Source: Adineta steineri | Lineage: Eukaryota | Direction of reading: 5' to 3' | Assembly: GCA_905250065.1 (NCBI GenBank) | Contig: CAJNON010000484.1 | Span: 40,380 to 46,468, forward strand | Length of the DNA: 6,089 nucleotides | In this document: positions 1 to 6,089 of the stretch, one piece after another | Numbering within the stretch: position 1 is the first letter of the stretch | How the letters are laid out: every line of letters begins with the position of its first letter | Program-made: the position numbers and the translations under genes | The notes under the pieces: generated by a model | Seen by the model: only the letters and a program-made list of their open reading frames with translations | Told to the model about the DNA's origin: nothing | The model's database searches: none

Positions 1-600
1 TCATCCCAGTTGTTGTGATGACGCTGCTGGAGTTTTGACACTTGCACAACCATCGAGGCGTTGAAGCGTTCCACAATACCGTTAGTCTGAGGGTGATAAG
101 GAGTGCTAAAGATATGGTGATATCCCACTAGATGTTGCATAACTCTCATCAGATTATTATTAAAATGAGTTCCCTGATCAGTGATAAGCGTGGAGCAAAC
201 GCCATATTTACAAAATATATGGCGGAAAAGGGAGACTGCAGTGAGCTCGGCAGTATTCATAGGCAAGGGAATAGCTGTAACGAAGCGAGTAAAAAGATCA
301 GTAACTACAAGAACATATCTATTCTCCCTGGGAGATGTGGCAAAAGGCCCACAAAAATCCATGCCAATAATAGAAAATGGAATAGCGGTCGGAGAAATGG
401 GATGTAAATGACCGGGTTTCTTCTGACGCATGTGGTTAAACTGTTGACAAGGAACACATGCTTTCACATGCTGTTGAATGGTTTGTTTCATCCGAGGCCA
501 CCAGTATCGCAGACGGATTTTAGACATCATTTTATCGGTAGAAAAATGACCACCTTGATACGGATCATCATGCATCGCTACGAGCAGGGATCGGATCATC
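1..600 (-). other. Integrase domain of Pol (zinc-binding H2C2 plus DDE core; C-terminus beyond the window)
   Basis: H2C2: H at 572..570, H at 548..546, C at 458..456, C at 449..447 (HX7HX29CX2C). Catalytic triad: D at 359..357, D at 179..177, E at 71..69, giving D-59-D-35-E spacing. RYWWPRM, TDQGTHF and STPYHPQTNGIVERFN are present. Confidence 0.96.
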
Positions 601-3431
601 GAGGCTGGCAGATATGGTACAGCAGTTTTACGAGTTGAATGTGAAGTAAGTAAAATGAGTTTGTGGAGAAGGTTGTTTTTAATGATAAAGGAAGAAGACA
701 CGGTCGATGGAACAGAACGATCTTTTAATTGACTAATAATATGACAGATATCAGCATCTTGTGCTTGCGCATGATGCACATCACTTGCGTCGAAGGCGTT
801 AGGTGACGGTATCGTTGTCATGTCTGTGGTAAAGGATGCGGGATCTTCAGGGGTACCAAGAAGACCAACATCGAAGACATCTTGCTCTTCCACATCTAAA
901 GTGGGTGGAGGAACTGGGAGAGGTTTATTGCGAGGGCGCAGGGTCATGGTAGATATCATGTTCGGTGTAGGAGAAATAAAATAGGGTGAAACTGAGGGAA
1001 ACGGCGGGGAAAGTTTACTTTCAAGCCCATATGGAATGTCAAATAGAGGATCTTCAAAAGGCCGAGAAAGATAATCAGCAAGACAATTACTTTTACCGTC
1101 AATATGCTTCATTTCCGCAATTTGATACTCCTGAATCAGATTAGCTACACGTTCAATACGACGATTATGCACAGGTTTTTGTAACATCCCACATATGGGA
1201 CAATGATCCGTATGGATATAAACAGTTCGTCCCAAAACTAAAGTGCGCATGCGTTGTAAACAATGGAAGATAGCCAGCGCTTCCTTTTCAGGTATAGAAT
1301 ATTTTTGTTCGACAGGTGAAAGAATTTTAGAATGATAAAAAAGATTGTGTCGGCTACCGTCGACATCTTGGTACAAAACACCGCCTGTAGCAAACCCACT
1401 GGCATCGGTAGAGAGCTGAAGAGGAACACCGTCAACAGGAAAACGAAGAAAAAGAGGAGCACTTGTAAGCAAATGTTTAAGAGCGTGAAACGCGTTCGAG
1501 TGCTCATCAGTCCATTTAAAGAGATGACGTCTTTCTTTAGTGAGATTCGTTACCTTATGAATGGGAGTAGCTATATGGGCGAAGTTGGGGACAAATTTTC
1601 TGTAGTATGCAAGACCACCAAGAAATTTATTAGCTTGCTTCAGTGTACGAGGTTCTGTCAGATCCAAAATCGCCTGTATAGCATCATTGGTAGGTGCAAT
1701 AGATGTTGCCGAGACGGAGTGACCGAGTATAACAACTTTCTCAACAGCTAGTTCACATTTAGACGCATTCAGGACTAGTTTCTCTTTGGCCAGTGTGTCA
1801 AAGGCCAGACGTAAATGAATCATATGTTCATCAAATGTCCGGGAATAGATGATGATATCATCAAGAAAAACTTGAGAAAAATCACGACAGGGTTTCATAA
1901 CCTGGTACATAGTCTTCTGAAAGCCGGCAGGAGCGTTCTGGGGTCCCATGGAGAGAACTAAAAATTCGTAATGACCTTGTGAAACGACAAATGCTGTCTT
2001 TGCGCGATCAGAGGGCGGTATACGGAACTGGTGATACCCTGATTTGAGATCAAGTTTGCTAAAATACTTGTAACCTTTTCCCAGTTCTTGCAGTAAATCT
2101 TCCCCATGGGGGAGTGGGCTGGCATCCGGAATAGTTATTTTATTCAGAGCTCTGTAATCAACAACAAGTCGACCAGGACGATTATCTTTACGAGGAACGA
2201 TGAAGCCAGGAGCGGCGTACGGGGAATTCGATTCCTGGATGATACCCGCGTCGAGAAATTCCTCAATAAGACGCTGTGTTTCCAGACGATGATGTGGGTT
2301 CCTATGTGGGCGGAAAGCAGGAGGAGAGTGTGGAATAGTGTTGAAAACATTATTAATAAATGTGTTAGAGATATTATGACGTGCATTATCAAAAAGTTGA
2401 CAGTATTGGGTGAGAAGAGAGGAAAGAGTATCTAGTTTATCACTATCTAGAAGATGTTTGACTAATAGATCCATGGTTTGTTGTAAATGAAATGAAGGAG
2501 GGTGAGGAATAGAACTAAGAATAGCAGTGAATTTCATAGGAATCGGTACATAACGTCGCCGTTGAGGGTTAGGAAGTCGTTGAGGTAACTGAGGATAAGT
2601 AAAAACGCCCGACAAAACTTGCTGATTTTTCTTTTCGTTATAACGACGACAGAGAGCTGAAAGTTTCTCGAAGTAACTCTGTGATTCTGCCTGGTTACTA
2701 AGTAAATACCCGAAACAAAAATACTGTGGGATGTACTGATCAAAATCAGATGTGTTCGTAACTAGAAGAGAGGAAGAATGATCCTGGATGGTAATAGTTT
2801 TCTGAGAACATAATAAATAAGAGTTCTCGAGGAAAAGTGAAGTGGGAATAAAGTACGCAGATACTGACGAAAGCGGTGAAGAAACCCATACCTTTACAGT
2901 TGAATGTGGAGGAATAAGAGTAGTATAACGTGAATGAAGTGGCACAAGAGGACGACGAAGTTGATCGTCTACTTGAAGTACTGTGCGACGACCAGCAATT
3001 TCTACTGAAAAATGCTGAGATTTTACATCAATAGTGGCATGAAACGCTACCATGAAGTCCATACCGAGAATAAGATCGATGCAAAGCTTTTCCGTAACTA
3101 AAGCGTAAAAATTAACGGATTCATTTCCCAATTGCATTACAAGCTCTACTAAACCGATGACTTGAAGAGGAATGACGCCATCGGCGAGTACAAATGAACG
3201 TGATGTTTTGTCTACATAACTGAAGTTTGATAAGCGGTGAAGCGCATTCAAGCTAATACAAGTGGCAGAAGCACCGGTATCGACAAGAGTATGAAGTGCG
3301 ATATTATTAACGATTAATGTTGCATAAAGAAGAAAAGGTTTGGATGGTGTAAGATATGGGATATTGGAGACAGTACCATCCGTCACTGGCTCCAACTTTG
3401 AAAAGGACAATCGCGAGCGGAATGACCAGAA
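1..3431 (-). CDS. pol: Pol polyprotein (protease-reverse transcriptase-RNase H-integrase), no stop in the window, runs off the left edge; expressed by frameshift from gag
   Basis: Manual triplet-by-triplet reading of the minus strand (+ triplets starting at positions divisible by 3) found no TTA/CTA/TCA from 3431 to 3. The upstream in-frame stop is TAA at 3434..3432. Diagnostic motifs: LVDTGASATCIS, LILGMDF, KDNRPGRLVVDYRALN, KLDLKSGYHQFRI, QVFLDDIIIYS, LSTDASGFATGGVLYQ, SIPEKEALAIFHCLQRMR, HTDH, CVPCQQF, GMDFCGPFA, LITDQGTHF, STPYHPQTNGIVERFNAS. Confidence 0.97.
1060..1560 (-). other. RNase H domain of Pol
   Basis: FKWTDEHSNAFHALKHLLTSAPLFLRFPVDGVPLQLSTDASGFATGGVLYQDVDG...SKILSPVEQKYSIPEKEALAIFHCLQRMR...VYIHTDHCPICG...HIDGKSNCLADYLSRP. 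Confidence 0.94.
1690..2285 (-). other. Reverse transcriptase domain of Pol
   Basis: RLIEEFLDAGIIQESNSPYAAPGFIVPRKDNRPGRLVVDYRALNKITIPDASPLP...YFSKLDLKSGYHQFRI...NAPAGFQKTMYQVM...FLDDIIIYSRTFDEHMIHL. Catalytic FLDD at 1868..1857. Confidence 0.96.
3000..3320 (-). other. Retroviral-type aspartic protease domain of Pol
   Basis: FLLYATLIVNNIALHTLVDTGASATCISLNAL with DTGA at 3281..3270, followed by FYALVTEKLCIDLILGMDFMVAFHATID. Confidence 0.92.
3383..3431 (-). promoter_or_regulatory. gag-pol overlap in which a -1 (or +2) translational frameshift is expected
   Basis: Gag stop TGA is at 3385..3383; the pol frame opens after TAA at 3434..3432 and is offset -1 from gag. The overlap is 49 nt and contains the minus-strand run CCTTTTC (3406..3400). 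Confidence 0.7.
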
Positions 3432-4981
3432 TTAGAACATAACTGGCAAAGACTGAGTGAAGATTGTTGAGAAGACTGCTGTTGTTGATTTTCATGTGTA
3501 AAAACTGGAGAAGCAGACGACATAAGTGGTGGAATATTGTGCGATGCCGATGGTTGATGGTGTTGTGATGGCGGAGCAACAGGAGATTGATAAGCAAAGA
3601 GTTTTTGTCGTGGATAATTGCGAGGTTTATTATAACCGCCAGGATGTCGGTTACTAAAAGGTTGTGACAAAGATGGTCGTTGTTGCGGACCGACGGAAGT
3701 AGGTGAAGAATAACGAGGAGAAGCCATGGATGGGTTTGAATATCGATAGGTGTTGTTATTCGAATTAATATCGAGTGATGATGGTTGACGATACGTAGAT
3801 GAGTAAGTAGGAGTATCAAATGTTTCAGCAGCGGTTGCATAAGAAAATGATGTATTAGATTGAATATTTTGTTCAATAGCATCAAATACGAGATAAGTAT
3901 TTTCCAAATCCTTAGCCATTAATTCGAATTCTTCAGAATCTTTAGGTTTTTGTTTCAATAGATCAAGACGATAACTAGGATTCACTTTAGCTAATAACAA
4001 TTCTAATTTCATTGTAGGACTCATTTGTGGGTCGGCTTCTATGAATAATTTACGCATCTCACAACAAAAACTTCGAATATCTTGTTGTGGAGACTGAGTA
4101 TACGAATGAAGCTTTTGCATGGCAATACGAGCACGATTTGGAGAATCAAAGGTCTTTTTAAGGTGATCGACAAAGGTAATCCAGGAAGAATTAAATTTAG
4201 TTTTATTATCAAGAAACCAGTCGAGTGCTCCTTTATCCAACAACTGCGAGATCAAATCGAATTTCTTAGCATCCGGAATTCCAGCAGTTTCAAATTTGTT
4301 CTCTACATATTTTAACCATTTGATTATATCTTGACGATGATCACCTGTAAATTTTGCAGTATTTCGTTGTAAATCTTCGATTATAGTTTTTCGAATATCA
4401 TTTTGTGTTAAATCATCGAGAGACTGTGCAAATGAAAAGGTTGTTGCAGTCGGTGGATTATTTGTCGTGGTTGAAGTGATAACAGGAAGTTGAGTAGAAG
4501 TAAGGATTGATGGTGTAGAATTTAGAGTAAGTGTGGCTATAGACTCAAGAGACGACAACGTGCGCAGTGGAGCCAATACATTATACTTATGTAAAAACAA
4601 TTTACGAAGATCGTAGAAATTAAAAATAATGTCCTCATGCGCCTGGTAGTAGTCGAGCGCGTCATCAATTAATAAATGGCGAATGATGAAGGGGTGATCG
4701 GTTTCGGGATATATTTCTTTTGTAATAAAAGCCCCTGTTTCTTTTAACCATGTAAGCAATTCATCGGGATCTCCATTATAGGTTTTACAATTTTCCAGAA
4801 GTTTGGAGGTGTATTGTTTTTCCTCATCTCTCGTAATAAACGTAATTTGATATGGTTTTCTAGGTGTTGAAGCTTCACGTGTAGCCATGGAAGTATAGGT
4901 TAAGTTTGATGGTGGGGGTTCAAAATGAGACAGTGGCTGAAGTAGTTGTTTAGGAGGATGTTCGTCTTCGTCAGAAGACAT
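3383..4981 (-). CDS. gag: Gag polyprotein, 532 aa, with C-terminal CCHC zinc knuckle
   Basis: ORF from the supplied track, immediately downstream of the PBS. Capsid-like motifs (FTGDHRQDIIKWLKYVENKF...LLDKGALDWF...FVDHLKKTFDSP) and CQLCSNSGHSARDC (CX2CX4HX4C) near the C-terminus. Confidence 0.94.
   Translation of the reverse strand: MSSDEDEHPPKQLLQPLSHFEPPPSNLTYTSMATREASTPRKPYQITFITRDEEKQYTSKLLENCKTYNGDPDELLTWLKETGAFITKEIYPETDHPFIIRHLLIDDALDYYQAHEDIIFNFYDLRKLFLHKYNVLAPLRTLSSLESIATLTLNSTPSILTSTQLPVITSTTTNNPPTATTFSFAQSLDDLTQNDIRKTIIEDLQRNTAKFTGDHRQDIIKWLKYVENKFETAGIPDAKKFDLISQLLDKGALDWFLDNKTKFNSSWITFVDHLKKTFDSPNRARIAMQKLHSYTQSPQQDIRSFCCEMRKLFIEADPQMSPTMKLELLLAKVNPSYRLDLLKQKPKDSEEFELMAKDLENTYLVFDAIEQNIQSNTSFSYATAAETFDTPTYSSTYRQPSSLDINSNNNTYRYSNPSMASPRYSSPTSVGPQQRPSLSQPFSNRHPGGYNKPRNYPRQKLFAYQSPVAPPSQHHQPSASHNIPPLMSSASPVFTHENQQQQSSQQSSLSLCQLCSNSGHSARDCPFQSWSQ
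3407..3448 (-). other. CCHC zinc knuckle (nucleocapsid-like) of Gag
   Basis: CQLCSNSGHSARDC fits CX2CX4HX4C exactly. Confidence 0.93.
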
Positions 4982-5000
4982 AGGGGGGCATTAAGAAATG

Positions 5001-5060
5001 ATAAAAGAACTCGTAGAAAGAAATTCCCGGGTCACGGCACCAAAATGTGAGTTCTTTTAT
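5001..5060 (-). repeat. Inverted repeat flanking the PBS: perfect 12-bp arms at 5001..5012 and 5049..5060
   Basis: Plus ATAAAAGAACTC (5001..5012) is the exact reverse complement of GAGTTCTTTTAT (5049..5060). The 36-nt loop contains the whole PBS (5025..5042). Confidence 0.85.
5025..5042 (-). promoter_or_regulatory. Primer binding site complementary to tRNA-His 3' end
   Basis: Minus strand TGGTGCCGTGACCCGGGA begins 3 nt after the putative LTR end ...CTCACA. The + strand TCACGGCACCA equals the conserved 3' acceptor strand of eukaryotic tRNA-His(GTG) (5' end GCCGTGA) plus discriminator A and CCA; CCGGG would be the T-stem 3' strand. Confidence 0.87.
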
Positions 5061-5088
5061 ATAACGGGGGATAATGCCCTTGACTCTG

Positions 5089-5094
5089 TTTATT
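5089..5094 (-). promoter_or_regulatory. Candidate polyadenylation signal AATAAA in the LTR
   Basis: Minus-strand AATAAA (plus TTTATT) about 43 nt before the LTR inner edge. Confidence 0.35.
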
Positions 5095-5170
5095 TTCAAT
5101 GAAAAGAAAAAGACGACGACTCAATAAAAGAACAAAAAAGGAACTGCCTCCTCAAAACAAGAACACGAAC

Positions 5171-5178
5171 ATATATAT
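5171..5178 (-). promoter_or_regulatory. Candidate TATA element in U3
   Basis: ATATATAT within minus-strand CGATATATATG, placed upstream of the AATAAA inside the putative LTR. Composition-based only. Confidence 0.25.
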
Positions 5179-5273
5179 CGTTCGTATCAAAGAACAGAAC
5201 AGGCAGAAGAAAAAGAAAAGAAACCACATGAAAGAATGTTATTGCAGATAACATTCTTTCAAATGGAACTAAA

Positions 5274-5308
5274 AAGAAAAAGAAAAAGAAAAGAAGAAGA
5301 AAAAGAAG
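5274..5308 (+). repeat. Low-complexity polypurine (A/G) tract near the outer end of the LTR
   Basis: Plus strand is an almost pure AAAAAG/AAG run, AAAAAGAAAAAGAAAAAGAAAAGAAGAAGAAAAAGAAG; the minus strand is polypyrimidine. Confidence 0.8.
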
Positions 5309-5331
5309 CGAGAACAATGTGATCGCTAACA

Positions 5332-5523
5332 CTCACTTGCAAGCGGAACGACTACTCGATACAATCACCAGTCAAAGCGGGCATTGCCGATCTTGTTGCT
5401 TTCAAACGATGCTTATCGTTACCGGAAATTCGAGCTATTTATCAACAACAAAAATGCATCGATCAAGTTCAAATTGGTACCTATATGAAAAAAAATGAGA
5501 GAAAAAAATGTACTATAATATAA
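5332..5523 (+). pseudogene. Possible fragment of a host coding region (C-terminal exon-like), ending at TAA 5521..5523
   Basis: In-frame translation LTCKRNDYSIQSPVKAGIADLVAFKRCLSLPEIRAIYQQQKCIDQVQIGTYMKKNERKKCTII*. The segment IADLVAFKRCLSLPEIRAIYQ resembles the last strands of a LamG/ConA-like domain. Short, with no start codon at its 5' edge. Confidence 0.3.
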
Positions 5524-6089
5524 TCAATCATGTTCACATGAATCTATTTCTTCTGCAAGTATTGTTTCTGATATCATCATAGAAAAATAAATATAGAATA
5601 TCTCTAAATTGCCTTCAAAAAAAGAGTATTAATGATTTTGGAAAATTTGATCTTTTGAAACTATCAGAATAGTTTTGATCGATAGAAGTTTAATCCTGAA
5701 AAACTTTGTCTGGATCGTGAAAACTGACGCGAGTGCAGCTGCTTCTTTATTCTTTTATAAGCAAAAACGTTCCAATAAAACAAAAATCGATAATGAACCA
5801 TGTTCGCATTATAGAAATACAAAAAATAGATTTTATAGACAGTATTATCATTAGCGAAATACAGATCGATTCTAGTAGTGTACTCACTTTTTAAGTACAC
5901 AAAAAAGAGAATACTAGATAAAAATAAGAATGAAGAATTTTTTATTGAATAAGAAATTGATTTTGAAGAAGTTGTAATTATTTTTTCATTCGATTTGTCC
6001 TTGACGGGGTGAGTGTAGATGGAAGTGGTACTCTTCTCTTCACCCACCCCTAGCCGCCCGCACCCGCTCTGGTCCTCGCCGCACCCACC

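Larger units (their letters stand above)
1..5331 (-). mobile_element. Ty3/Gypsy-like LTR retrotransposon, 5' portion (5' LTR, PBS, gag, pol), truncated by the left window edge
   Basis: Ordered minus-strand elements: putative LTR, PBS complementary to tRNA-His, Gag with CCHC knuckle, then PR-RT-RNaseH-IN in one open frame. This is the Ty3/Gypsy domain order (integrase after RNase H). Confidence 0.96.
5046..5331 (-). repeat. Putative 5' LTR, about 286 bp (element orientation TGTTAG...CTCACA)
   Basis: The inner edge is fixed by CA (minus strand) 3 nt before the PBS. The outer edge is inferred from the first plausible TGT...ACA terminus (minus TGTTAGCG at 5331). The second LTR is outside the window, so the outer boundary is unconfirmed. 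Confidence 0.6.

Noticed and set aside
1238-2392. Minus-strand ORFs 1238..1507 and 2144..2392
   Set aside because: They are out of frame with pol, whose RNase H and RT motifs occupy the same DNA. They are low-complexity readings.
132-2743. Plus-strand ORFs of 69-139 aa (132..407, 181..411, 408..638, 1332..1751, 2106..2435, 2534..2743)
   Set aside because: All are antisense to the clearly conserved pol frame, with no recognisable protein features. They are explained by the lack of stops opposite a coding strand.
3307-3885. 192-aa minus-strand ORF overlapping gag and pol
   Set aside because: It lies in the +1 frame of gag, is very rich in Leu/Ile/His/Asn, and ends just before the protease motif. 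It looks like an off-frame reading of the low-complexity Gag C-terminus and has no recognisable domain.
4082-4315. Plus-strand 77-aa ORF inside gag
   Set aside because: Antisense to the conserved capsid-like part of Gag, with no domain evidence.
5054-5064. Strong TATA-like string TTATATAAAAG (minus) near the LTR inner edge as the element promoter
   Set aside because: It is only about 8 nt from the LTR end, so transcription from it would start outside the LTR and omit R. It is better explained as AT-rich sequence forming the left arm of the PBS stem.
5096-5332. 78-aa minus-strand ORF (MLAITLFSLLFLLLFFFFFF...)
   Set aside because: It lies entirely in the putative LTR. The hydrophobic Leu/Phe run is a translation of the polypyrimidine tract, so it is not a credible membrane protein.
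5664-6047. 127-aa minus-strand ORF in the right flank
   Set aside because: AT-driven composition (Ile/Tyr/Phe/Ser/Lys-rich) with no recognisable motif. It could be chance or a small host exon, and the sequence alone does not support calling it.
1-6089. CRISPR array, prokaryotic defence island, retron or DGR
   Set aside because: No regularly spaced direct repeats. The RT is in a classical Ty3/Gypsy context with protease, RNase H and integrase, an LTR and a tRNA PBS, so a bacterial RT system is not supported.
1-6089. Specific host assignment (for example a bdelloid rotifer or another small metazoan)
   Set aside because: The style of the Gag and the AT-rich context suggest a metazoan, possibly a rotifer, but nothing in the window proves it. 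This needs a database search.

Overview
The window is dominated by the 5' portion of an apparently intact Ty3/Gypsy-type (Metaviridae) LTR retrotransposon lying on the minus strand. Read in element orientation (high to low coordinates) it contains: a putative 5' LTR (about 5331..5046); a primer binding site (5042..5025) complementary to the 3' end of eukaryotic tRNA-His; a very short leader; a 532-codon gag (4981..3383) ending in a CCHC zinc knuckle; and a pol frame open without a stop from 3431 to the left edge of the window. Pol encodes aspartic protease (DTGA...LILGMDF), RT (FLDD), RNase H (STDASG) and integrase (HX7HX29CX2C plus D-D35-E). The supplied ORF track misses this roughly 1143-codon pol because it has no ATG of its own and no stop inside the window. 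Pol is in the -1 frame relative to gag. The most interesting items are a perfect 12-bp inverted repeat that would present the PBS in the loop of a stem-loop, an apparent internal duplication of the Gag capsid-like domain, a non-canonical gag-pol frameshift region, and a short coding-like segment directly flanking the LTR that may be host exon. I found no convincing new defence or other non-transposon system. The 3' end of the element (end of integrase, PPT, 3' LTR) lies outside the window.
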